A DNA stretch of 64,000 nt, taken from Zygnema circumcarinatum SAG 698-1b. Its lineage: Eukaryota; Plantae; Zygnematophyceae. The stretch spans positions 1,116,001-1,180,000 of the forward strand of contig CM074821.1 of NCBI GenBank assembly GCA_037447605.1, given 5' to 3'. Shown here piece after piece: positions 13,301 through 24,950 of this stretch. Made by a program: the position numbers and the translations under genes. The number at the start of each line of letters is the position of its first letter. Position 1 is the stretch's first letter. The notes below the pieces were generated by a model that was not told where the DNA came from, made no database searches, and saw only the letters and a list, made by a program, of their open reading frames with translations.

Positions 13301-16300
13301 ACTAACCAACTTCCAGGTGGAATAGGCGGCGAATAACTTAAAACCAGCCAAAACAACCACACGACAAAAACCAAGCCAACTATTCCTATCTTCAACTTAT
13401 AAGCCGAAAAGCTGGCATAGAAAACCTGACAGCATCATGTAGACTAACTTTACTCAGCTTTTTCTTGTGAAGAGACTGTTCAGATTCACGAGTTCATCTC
13501 ATGTCATAAGAGAATAAGGGACGATTGATCCTTCGTTTGCAGAATCTCACCTGCAACTCTGTACTCTTCTCCTCTAAGTCCTTCTCCAACATTTGTATGC
13601 GGCTTCTCAGCGTTGAGTTCGATTCTAAAAGGTCGCTGAAGTTCCTGATATTCAGCTGCCTCACCCAGTAATAAATTTTGTTTCAAACGCCACGAATTGT
13701 GTTTTACGTAAAAATATTACGTAATAATACGTATATAATTATTAAAATATAACGTAATTTAACGTGGATCTTAATTGCGTTTAACGAGAATAGAGCCATT
13801 TGCAAAGATTGGGACAGGTTTCCTTCGATCATCTAACTACATCGATTTCACACCAGTTGACCCCTCGGAATCACAAAACAGTCACCATACCATACCCTAA
13901 GCCACATTTAACCTTGATACATTTTCTGGGAAATCCATTGGTAGACAATCGTGCACTGCAAAAGTGTGAATTCAAGACATACACTGCTTTCCACCAACGT
14001 TCGCCCAAGTCCGGCGAGAGAAATCGTCCCTCTTCCTTCTTCACGATGACGGTCGACCAAGTGTGTAGCAATCTGACAAGGGTACCCATCCCAAAAGTAA
14101 CAAAATGGGCATATTAGCCTTATGGTTTTGCCCAACTTCCGAGTTCGAATTTAGCCTTCACCAAATCAGTTTAGGTCCAGCTAAATATGGATTGCCACGT
14201 CTGTTTACAATTAAAAAAAAACAAATAAATAAGTGCTGAATAAGGCTTTTCCAAACAAAACTGACGAAAATAGACACTCCATCCAAAATGAACAAAAATA
14301 ATACTATCAATAAGCAGCATAGGGCAAGGAAGGGGGGGCATTGTTATCAAGATACCTGATCATTCAAATTTCTAATTTCAGCCTCCAAAACCTGCACTTC
14401 AACTGCCTTGCTTCGCAGATCCGCCTACAGAGCGAAGAAAATAAAAAAAATTCAGTAAGGCAGGAGCCAATCCTTTGCTCTGCACTCTACTCATGCCTTC
14501 TCGACCTCTGTAAATCACTCAAATTACGAGAACTGAAGGGTTTCATCATATAATTAAATACATTAACATAGATGTTGGAGTGGAGGTCAGCCGACCAAAA
14601 CATGTCTGCAATCAGACAAAAGCAGCTTTCCAAAGAGAAAAGGGTAACATCAAGCATCATACCCTTAGCTCTGTAACTGTGCTGTCCACCAATGCCTTTG
14701 CCATTGCAGCTTCGCTCAACTTCTTTTCCATCCTTTCGTAGACTGTAAGCAAGCGTTTGTGCTCCTCTGAAGGCCCGCAGACCACAAGCCCTGGCAGTCA
14801 GTAATAGCATCCTCCTCCCTCCTTCAAGTTATTCCTTCCCCATGCCATCACCTCAAATAGAATTGCAAGCAAGAAGAATAAGAGATCAGACATCAGGTTA
14901 TGGCTTGAAAAGGAAGGAACAGATACAAACGTCTAGAGACACTAACAGTAAAACAAAATCAGTTCCCTTACTTCCAATGCTTTTATAACATACAAACAAT
15001 CAGAAAATCCTAATCAACTGAAAGAACTGACTAGGAGGCATACGGCATCCATTTCATTGGACAACATTCCTACAATTATGAGGCAATATTCTGGTGTACA
15101 AAGCATTCAATATCATTCTCCAGTTTCCAAGTGGTTTGACTCTTTCTCACGCCTACCACGTTTTTAAGGACAGGATAGTTTCAAGCTTGTTTAACTTTCC
15201 ACTTTGGTAGATACGTTGTCTGCAGTAGCATCCGTTCAAAGATAGGGAGTTTGACTAGCTTCACAGTAATATCAAGAAGCAAAGTGCTTTTACTACAGTG
15301 CCTCGAGCTCTGCGAATAGAAACACCAAACCAAAATGAAAGCTGACAGTTCGCCTCAAGAAGAAACAGCAAACACATGGCTTCAGATAGTGAACATACCG
15401 CGTTCTTCCTCTACAACCAGCAGTTTGGCGTTTACTTGTTCTGCCACCTGCCATCAGCAGGCCCATCAAAAAAATCACGCAGTCTCACTGAAAATATAAA
15501 AAATTCAGATATATATTTTCACATCTGGAGAATTCCTCGACCCTGTGTCCAAGTATCATTTCATCCTGACATAACAGATGCAGCACTGCAAGCGTAGTTC
15601 TTCAAGATAGTGCACCTATTGCAGAGAGGTCAGCTATGAGACTATCGCGCTCTCTCAATCAGAAAGACACCCGGGGTACTCTTGCATAAAACCTCTCAGA
15701 AACATACATGTTATCTACAATACAAAGGTGTAGCATGAAGTAGAAGGAAGAAAAAGTGCAATGCTACAACCTGTGCACAATTCTGCCATGCCGTGCTTGA
15801 ATTCTTTGTACTGCTTGCAGGCACTGCTTTTTCACGCAGGCAACACATATTCTGACTCACCGCTATAAGTATTCGATGCCATATGTCATCCTTGTATTTG
15901 ACCTCAATCAATAAAAAAGACATAAAAAACCGAAACCTAATCCAAAGGCTAATGTCTCAAGCAACAATGCACCGTGTAAACCTCGAGTTGCATGGCTGAG
16001 ACATGCCAACTCAGCACTTACGATTCAAACTGCACAATTACAACTGGCAGCAGCATCTCATATCTACATGATTTGAATACCCACTTGTTTTGAAAACAAG
16101 CGATTTGTTTCCTTCCGAAAACTCATTATCGTGATGAGAAGTCTTTACGAAAAAAACAATAAGTCATGTGTAGAAACATGCAAGGCAAGTACTCAAGAGC
16201 AGAGCAGCTAGAAGAACCTCGCTGAGTGACTCAGAAACATCCTCTGCATGCTCTGCATTGCTTCCAACATACTATCTCTGGAGGACTAACCTTGTCTAGA

Positions 16301-19300
16301 TAAGATTCAGCTTCAAGGCGCTCATGGCGTTCATGTCGCCATGCATCCACTGCCTCCTCATAACGTCCGTATAGTTCGGTAAGCTGCATTATTCATACAA
16401 ACTCAGCAACTCAGCAAACTTCTCTGTCTGGTAGAAATAAACTTTTAAGCCGAATGATAGGGGACTAGTTCACTCTCATCATTTCCGCATGGGTTGCCTA
16501 TCTGATAACCGAAAGTATTCACATTCTAAGCAAGATGTCAAGTGGAACTTTTCGCTAATCTGACAGCTGAAGAGTCTAGCTCCCTATGCTGCAGCTATCT
16601 CCCTCGTGTAAATGACAAAAAAAAAGGGAAAAAAGCACCTACTTTCCAGCCATCATGGCGAAGGGCATTGGCCACGGCTGAACTCGAAGCCATCGTGGAC
16701 AGGGACGGTGGAGCTCGTTTCTCGGCATGAAGGATCATCGCAAGATCTGGACTCCTGCAGAGCCACTCATAGCTTTTGAATAAGTTGGGAGAGGCAAATC
16801 TAGAGAGCTCAACGACGGAAGAAAGACTTTAAAAAGACTATTAACACCACTCTCCTTGACACTCCTCTACCATGCAATTCATCACTGAAAAGCAAATTCA
16901 GAGAAAGCATCGTTACAATGGTGGTACCGTTACAAGACGTGAACTCATATGGTAAGCAAGGGCTAATTCTGCAAATCAGCCTTTGCAAGAAGTCGAACTT
17001 GACAAATCAAAACCAGGCGTCCTTCATAGTTTGATCATCAGCTCGCGACTAGCTAGCTAACGTGAGAAAAGGTACAGAATACAGGACCTTTATCTAACCC
17101 TTGCTTCACTTCCTCACCGGCACTCCATCACAAATCTCTCAAGAAGTCCATGGGAGTCCCAGCATTTTACAGTTCAGTCATACTACAACAGACTAGCTAG
17201 TCAGAATTAGCCAGGTTGAGGTGAAAGAAGAAACACTCACAAAGGTGAGATGGCCTTGTCATGTGGGATAACACTATGCTCGATCGCATGCAGCCCAAAT
17301 GGAAACCGGGCAGCTTCTTCTTTTAACTTTGCAAGCTCTTGCTCTAGACGGGTCTTAGTCTCATTTGCAAGCTGCCATTATACGCATGAAGTACACATCT
17401 CAGTACAAGAATGTAAGCTGTTTGAACATAGCTTATCAGCATGCTCGGCGAATAGCCTGGAAAAATAATACAACAAAAGGTTTACGCAAGAACCTTTTCA
17501 ATAGCTTCACGTGCTTCATGTTCTTTTCGCAGTTTTTCAGAAGCATCTTCTTCTTGTTGCTTTAGGTACACCTGCCAGACATCAAACGCCAAACACGAAG
17601 GTGATCTCAACACCTGTTATTCATATTCTCTAATTTCGAGGCGAGGCTTTGCATCACTAGTACAAATTCCACGTGCAACATATTATAGGAGAAAGTATCT
17701 AGTACCTCCATGGCCTTTATGACACCTTCAAGATCACTTGCTTTCTGCGTAGCCTCGTCACTGGACTCCTTAAAAAGTTGTGCCAGCCTTTTCACCTGGT
17801 CCACCAGCAGCAGCACAGTTCTTATTCCAATTTCAACAACATCGGTGGATCTTAGTGATCAGCATGCACATCGACTGGCAGTAAAGAATCAAGTCTTGAT
17901 CGGTGTATTATTACATGATACACACCCAGCCAGATTAGGTTCAAAATAATCTCTAAATTGTGATTGCTTCGGATAGAAGAGTCTTCCATAAAGTGTACCG
18001 TGGAAATTTCGGACGACAAATGTTCCGCCTGCTCGACAGCATCTGCTTCTATGTCCTTGAGCTCCTACAAGACAATCGACAACAGAGAACAAAGTAGAAC
18101 ACGTGAGACCTAGACATCGTGAAGGGAAAAATGCCAGAAAAAACAATCCCATCCCTTACTATTTCTAAACGTATGAATAGATTGATGAACGAACTGCAGA
18201 TGTGTAATGAAGTACATGCTCAGCACAAAGCAATAAACAAAAAAATAACCACCCATCAATAACTAACAAGGACAGCATTCCAAAGCTGAATGCCAACACA
18301 CATTGCTCCTCATGACGATACAATATGTGGTTTTTCAAGAACTGAATCAACCTGCCGAGCTCTCTCAAGTTCAGCTTCTTTTTCCTTGGCACGCTCCTTG
18401 GTAAGGGCGGCCAATTCCTTCACCTCCTTATTTTCCTTCTCCAGCTGGCACAAAGACATTGTCATCAACATTCAAATTAGCATAAGAAATGCAAAGGAAA
18501 AAAACAGCTAAACGAGCTAATACTTGCGCGGTTGCTTGAAAAAGTACGATCAACTAATACTTGCGCGGTTGCTTAAAAAAGTACGATCAAGAGGATCAAG
18601 AGGATCTCTCCAAACCCTTCCACACTATTTAGTTTCACTTGGTCAGGCGATACCTCGAGCACTTTAGACTGCAGCTCAGCCTCCCTGTCAGCGCTAGCGC
18701 TGCGTTCTTGCAAAAGAGCAGTGGTCTTTGAAACCAACTCTTCCTTCAACCACGTGTTGTGCCGTTCGTGCAGCTCCTTCTCCTGGAAATCAACCAACCC
18801 TCTCTCAAAATCCAATGATTGCCTCCTCATTTTTCCTCTCATCGAGTCAAATTGGCTATGACGTATCAATACTGTATAACAGGCAATGACCCTTTCAGGC
18901 CAATAACTCCTTTAGGACAACGACAGTCAAGTAAAACTCCAACAAAAATAGTCCTCGCATGCAAACAATGTTACTTCAAAAATCCAAAACTTAAGACACT
19001 TAGGATTCCTAAGAACTGAGAAACTGGTGCTTGAGGAAACGTGAGTGGTAAAGGACAAAAACCTGCATCAGACGAGCATTTGTTGCTTGCAATCTGACAT
19101 CCTCGACCATGCCTTCTCTCAGTTTCGCTTCCGTATCCGTCCGTTCATTTGTCATGTGTACCTGCTTACAAACAATCGCAATGGCATCGCTCATCTATTT
19201 ATGACCAAAAATAAATGAAGCCCAATGCCAATCTTCTCCATGCATTAGCAAATCCGCACAGAAATGACTACCTATGCTGTGCCAAGAATACGGCTACGGT

Positions 19301-20227
19301 CGCCTGTCCGCTTTGCTCATCCACATGATATAGAAATTTAAGAGGAAAGACAGTTGTTAGTCGTGATTGATCAAGACGACCTCAGGGCATCACATTCGAA
19401 AAATAACCATCATAGAATCCACGAAGTTACAAAAAACCAGTAAAACAAAACCTACGATCTTGTCGAGGTATTGTTGTATGGATATGCTCTTCTCATCAAG
19501 TTCAGAATTCTTCCGCTCGATTGTCTCTTGTAGCTCCTGCCTTCCCCTGAGCACCTCAGCAGCATCAAAGCGAGCACGTTCCAGCTGTGCTTCAACCTTT
19601 ACCTGCAAGCAATGATCAAGCAAAAAACAAATCAACCAAATTAGAAATCAGTGTTTGTTCCTACCCTACTCAATAGCAACAACGTATTCAATATTTGCTA
19701 CAATCATTGGAAAAAGTGCACTAGCCTGCTGCTAATATTTTAGGCATAGCCATTATGCGACTTAAAGACAAATTGGGAATAGGTTGAAGTGATGCAGCCG
19801 GCTCTTAAAAAGCTCTTGTTATGCTGTGAATGAATGGAAACGGTTACCAATTAAGGAATAGAATTAAAAATTGCAGTCGCAAAAAACAGCACAACAGAAA
19901 GGAGGGCGTGAAATGAGATACCAAGCTCAACTGAAGCTGTTGAACTTGGCTTTTGGCCTCTGCAAGCTCCGCGGAGCGCTGTTCCACATCAGCCAGCAAC
20001 TGAATTTTCTCCGCTTCCAGCTGCGCATTCTCACTCGTGACGCTCATAAACTTCTGCTCGACCAGCGAGCAATTCTGCTCCGCGTTAATAGTAGCTGCCT
20101 CTGCTCGAGCCTTATGCGTCTCCACCTGCCGGAGCAGCTTATGAATGTACTCGTCTGCTCGACCTGCTACAGCTCGCGCGTCCTCCTCCATAGCGGCGAA
20201 CTCGCTGTCCGTGCAAAACAAAGGCAT
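1316..20227 (-). CDS. NUA: Nuclear pore anchor / TPR-Mlp1 family nucleoporin, 43 coding exons, ~2443 aa (hand model)
   Basis: The N-terminus MPLFCTDSEF...ADEYIHKL...NAEQNCSLVEQKF resembles plant NUA. Further recognisable blocks are EKELHERHNTWLKEEL, KWREAQTNYERQV, LQEVIRYLRRAKE and LLRESNTTLREE. All 42 introns are GT-AG with consistent phase. Exons (high-low): 20227-19922, 19602-19456, 19161-19063, 18782-18654, 18444-18352, 18064-17999, 17795-17706, 17571-17494, 17371-17241, 16754-16643, 16383-16291, 15447-15399, 14766-14663, 14424-14356, 14072-13983, 13655-13551, 13233-13120, 12909-12834, 12613-12567, 12442-12369, 11977-11875, 11615-11481, 11234-11136, 10967-10926, 10737-10684, 10315-10136, 9880-9683, 9431-9172, 8875-8773, 8426-8217, 7945-7721, 7574-7461, 7336-7037, 6601-6413, 6294-6241, 6012-5898, 5614-5487, 5284-5198, 4889-4827, 4578-3616, 3459-1984, 1640-1568, 1404-1316 (TAG). 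Confidence 0.93.
18517..18590. repeat. 37-bp tandem duplication in NUA intron 4
   Basis: CTAATACTTGCGCGGTTGCTT(G/A)AAAAAGTACGATCAA occurs twice, with one mismatch. Confidence 0.95.
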
Positions 20228-20905
20228 TTTGAAATACTCCTTGCAACCAGCTTTTTTCGCCTCTTCTGCTCCGCTCTGTTTGGTCACAACCTCCTGCAGC
20301 TATGCTCAGGATGAAATCCTGCAACAGGCCCTCCCGTCCTTCACTGGAGATTAGTACCTGGTATCTGCTCAGCCATTCCCGCCAACAGCTACCATGGCTG
20401 CCGGATGGAGAGAAACCTAGTGGAAACAGTAGGCCATTTGAAGACACGCCTTTCAGGCTTTCAGGCTTTACAGGCCCTTCTATGTAATTATGTTTCTGAT
20501 TATTTTCAGACTGCAAGATCTCACGGGCAGACACAAAGTTCTGGTAACGGTCGTTTCGAATGCTGATTCGCGTCTTTTTAATTTTTTTGAAGGAACCCGT
20601 CTCACGCCGGGTCGAGCCGTTGCCGGCCGGCAACCAACCGGCTGTCGCCGGCCGGCAGCCTTTTCTATGAGCTACTGTACTGTACCTTCGTTGTAAGCTG
20701 GCGGTCGACTCAGAGAGAGCGAGAGAGCAGCTCTAGAAAAAGAGAAAAATAATTGTATTTAGTTGTGATTACTTTCCTTCCAGAAAACGTTTTGCAATGT
20801 TAATTTTTTGAATTCCCCTGATTGACGTTTTCTAGCTGCACATCACAGTGCAGTATAGAGTGCCAGTGCAGCATTCTAGCGCGCTTTCTCTTGGAAAAAA
20901 TCAGT

Positions 20906-20938
<33 letters not shown>

Positions 20939-20956
20939 AGAAGTAGCTGCCGAGGG

Positions 20957-22576
20957 ATGGCACAGAGGAGGTTTGCCAGCAGCGGGACACGTGTCCTGAG
21001 CGCAGGAGAGGACGGGGGAGGCGTGGTGCATCTGAAGAAGGGCGTGGCCGAGCCCACGCACTTCGCGCTTGTGAAGCCCGGGCGGACCGACTTCGTGAAG
21101 ACGCGCTTCGGGCAGGTGGTGGTGTTCACGTCCAGAGAGGACGCCAACGAGGCGTGCCGGCAGTGGGTGCTCCTGCCTTGGCCCCCCCACGTACCGTGAA
21201 TTCACATGCACTCACTGTGTGAAATGTCATGTTCTTGCAAGTATGAATTGCTGTTGTACCCCGTAAAGATTCTGAAGGCGTACAAGCTGGAGTTCCACAT
21301 TTAGCGTGACCTTAAAAGCCTTGCATCGTGGATGTACTGCACACGGAGCTCTCGAAGTCTGTTGAGACCTCATTTTCAAACCGTAGATTTGCATTGGCTA
21401 TATGCGGAGCTCTCTCTACATCTGACCATTGGGCCATGACCGTGCAAACCTAGCTAGAAACCGTGCAAACCAATGGAATATATCTGGAAGCTGCTTTGGA
21501 GCCCAACTTTGTTCTACTGCCATTAGAATTCTTCTACTTTTTTGCATTAGGTGGCTAATTAAGTCAACGATGTAGTCATACGTCTTGTATTGATACTGTA
21601 GGCTCTCACTACTTACAGCTGTAGATTATAGAAGCTGGCACTCGTACTCGCCAGCTGATTGCATTGAGAGCTTCCAGTACCATGCAACTGTCCCTTGCCT
21701 CCAGTGTCATACTGCAAATTTTCTCTTTATGCTCTTATGCTCGCGAGACCCTAGCTGCGAGGACTCCAGTAGAGGCCAACTTTGGCTATTTCCTTTGGTC
21801 AGCTTCTTATCTCCTCTAAGATTCCGGCATCTGGCAGAATTGTCAACTGTTGAAAACGCTGAAAGGGAGATTGGTCATGTTGACATCGGAGCAGTCTGCA
21901 GCTTTGCCTTGTCCGTTTGATCCTTTGATTGCAGCAGCTCATGGTTTATCTCACACTCAAACAACCGCAGTCGTCGCTGTGCTGGGCTTACTTCCATCAA
22001 ATCTGACCAAAAATAGAGCAGAATGCGGTTGTTTTAGCTGTCTCACAAGTCAAATATTCCAATCCAGGTCATATAGGCAAGCGAAGTTCATCTCAGACCA
22101 TCATCTGCATCATGCCTTGAGCACTATGACAACGAAAAGATTCTCCACTAAGGAGTTCTGGCAAGGAACTGCCGTCTAGCCGGACTAGACCTTGCTGCCT
22201 TGGAAGTGCTTCCTTATTTACATTCACTATTTACATTCACTTAGTCGTACTCGGGGTTTTGGGGTCCGGGTGTCTAATTTGGTGTTTTTTCAGGAAAGGG
22301 TGGCCTGGCAACATTGGCATGGGGGAGCAGAAATGGACCCTTTTTAAGCGAGACTATGTTTATGTGTTGAATCCTTCATTCGCACAAATTCCAAAAGCAA
22401 ACCAATTGAGAATGGTTGTTCTCCCTTTCTTTGGCGTGTTGGTAGTGAGCGCTTGCTTGTTCTTTGTGTTTAAATCAACTCGGTTGTTTGACGATCTGGC
22501 AAAACTGATTGGTGTTATATCAGGCCTTAAGGAAAGCAGAGAGAGAAGCCATTCTGACAGCAAGTTCGGCTCGTAG
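20957..22576 (+). CDS. Putative small membrane protein of unknown family, ~162 aa, 2 exons (20957-21162, 22294-22576)
   Basis: The first exon is GC3-rich, starts with ATG and lies head-to-head with NUA. The CA|GTGGGT donor is in phase with the TTTTTTCAG|G acceptor. Exon 2 is open and has a hydrophobic stretch (VVLPFFGVLVVSACLFFVF). No homology recognised; extra internal exons are possible. Confidence 0.4.
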
Positions 22577-22989
22577 TTTTAGACGATCGAAGACTATTGG
22601 AAGAAATGTTGATGCTGTGTTTCGATGGGAAAAAGCATCCAGCCTATTTGTTGGGAAAAGTTGTCCATGTGGCTTTATCCTTGGCACTTGCGGAGGGATA
22701 AGCTTTACATGGCCGTCAAGGAGATCTATTGAGAGTAACTCGTCTGATTGCGAAACCTACTTGTTTCCTTCTTGACGATGGATAAATAGGGCTATTCAGT
22801 TACTTATTGTGTAGAATGTGTCGGAAATAAGTCCCAGAAGTCCTCAATGTAGAAAATGTATATATAAACAGTTTGTAAGTTAATGACATTGATCGGCAGT
22901 GCTAAATTCTTCATCGAGGCATTTGCCGAGCCAATCTTTCTTTGTGGGCTCTGCACCGGCCATCACCCTGAGTCTGGCTAAATGTGAAG

Positions 22990-23022
<33 letters not shown>

Positions 23023-24009
23023 GGTGTGGTTGCCTACATCAGTATAAGCCAGACTGTTTTAAGAGCCCAGACTAATGGCGATAAATTGGGACTTAATCTA
23101 GGCCAGACTATTTTATAAGTGAGAAATCTGTCTGGGTTAGACTATTTCTTAAAATGTTTTTTCTATGATATTTCTGTCATAGTGCGACGCGTTCCCCATA
23201 GTGCCTCTCCCTCCCCCTTCCTCTACCTCTCCCCGCTCCCTCCCTCTCCCTCTCTCCCTCCTCTCCTTCTCCCTCTCCCACTCTCTCTCTCAGTGGTCCC
23301 TCACCCTTTCCACCCCCCATATGTCTCTCTCCGAGTTCTCCTCCCTTCCTCAAAACCATCAAACTCAACACCTTGCGACCCAACCCCTCCCCTTACAACA
23401 TTTCCCCCTCGATTCGGTACATCAGCCCTTGCCGCATTCACTCCTCCGAACCCAAACCCTCCTGTGAGAGGGCCTCCCTCTTCCACTCCCTCTCCCACCC
23501 ACTGATATGTCGGAACATCCATAGGTCTCCTCCCATGCTTCAAAACCAAAGTGTTTCCTGCGCTCGTCGCATAGGTACTACTCCCTCCCACTCCCTCCAT
23601 GTTTTGGAACCCTCCCGGAGTCTCAAACCCACTACCAAACCACCCTCCGCATGCTACTCGTATGTCGCGTGCAAGTCGCACTATGGGTATCAGGTCGCCC
23701 TATGACGCCAAAGGACCAAAAACGCCTCATGGTTTGCCTCGCATCTCATGTGCGGACCTCTCTCGCCGATGTAAGCGTGCGATCGACGGAGATCCTGCGC
23801 CGCTGCATACACGAGGGCAGCGCACTTGACGAACGAGCACCGTCGGATATACCCCCGCGTGAATGGACGGGCGAGGCGATGCCGCTTGGGTGGACGCCCA
23901 AGTTAACTCGCGTTTTTGTCGCTGTTGGGCTGTTTAACTGACGTTGTCCGCCGTGCCACCGTCTGCTGTCAGATTTACCGTAGAATCGAGTGCTCGAGCC
24001 CTGACGTTG

Positions 24010-24090
24010 GCATGTGCATGTGCATGTGCATGTGCATGTGCATGTGCATGTGCATGTGCATGTGCATGTGCATGTGCATGTGCATGTGCA
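24010..24090. repeat. (GCATGT)13 hexanucleotide microsatellite
   Basis: Perfect tandem array, read directly from the sequence. Confidence 0.97.
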
Positions 24091-24569
24091 TTGCTCGCCC
24101 ATGCCCATGTGCATGTGATGACATTGGGATGGGGAGATCCATGCCCGATCCATACGGTACCCGGCCCCCGGGTGTCGTCACAGGGCAGTTTCTTGGAAGC
24201 AGGATGCGTGCGTCAGCGGTGACAGCCACGCCGGGACAAGCGCCTTCACGACCCGCCAAGCGCCGCACCTTGCATTTACTCCACTACCGTCCAAGATTTG
24301 TCGCGCAATCGGACGGTTTAGGGTGTGCCACGTGCTATAATGAACGGTTCGATTCCGCCTTCAAAATGCTTGACTTTTAGACGCCTCCTTTTCCATACCT
24401 TCGCCCTCCAAACGTTTTTTGTATGGCTGCCCGGCGACCCACCCTACCCAAATGAGCTCTAGCTTTTTTCCCTCAGCCAATGACCGCCTGCCCTCGTCCC
24501 AAATCTTTCTGCCCAAAAACATTTTCCCCCTTTTTTCGTGTTGTCCACGATGGCAAGTGCAAGTGTCCG

Positions 24570-24728
24570 ACGTGGCATAGCACCCCTCGCCATCGCCAAA
24601 CATACTGGAGCTTCCCAATCCTGGCTCGCCACGTCACAAAAAATTGTCGACGTGTCAGTCTTTCACTGGACAACCTCTCCGCCGCCAGCTTGGCTCGTGC
24701 CTTCTCCCCCCCCCGGCGGCCTATATAT
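24570..24728 (+). promoter_or_regulatory. Putative AOX core promoter: three ABRE/G-box-like motifs and a TATA box
   Basis: ACGTGGC at 24570, GCCACGTCA at 24628 (ACGTGGC on the minus strand), ACGTGTC at 24650 and TATATAT at 24722-24728, about 225 nt upstream of the AOX ATG. Confidence 0.55.
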
Positions 24729-24950
24729 GGAGCTCAGCTCCAACTCTAGTTTCAGCTTCAGCTTGAGCTTCAGGGAGGGCGGAGGTCTTGGAAGGGGAGG
24801 TGCAGGAGGGGAAGGTTCAGGAGGCGCCTTCAAGCACTGCAAGGCTCTGCAAGGCCGGCGGGCCTTGATGCTTCTACTGCACAGGGAGGGAGGGACTTAA
24901 TTGGAGGATTTGTTTGGCGAGGAGTGCGTTGGAGGGGCAAGGATTCAGGC

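Noticed and set aside
13700-13770. AT-rich patch with repeated TTACGTAA/ATACGTAT palindromes in a NUA intron
   Set aside because: No TIR, TSD or second copy; too short to interpret.
23178-23685. 11-bp inverted repeat CATAGTGCGAC / GTCGCACTATG bracketing ~500 bp, including ORF 23301-23681
   Set aside because: No target-site duplication of any length and no recognisable protein; cannot be called a MITE or CACTA element from this window.
24100-24950. Mitochondrial dysfunction motif CTTGN5CA(A/C)G in the AOX promoter
   Set aside because: A by-eye scan of both strands found no exact match; the nearest is CTTGAGCTTCAGG near 24762.
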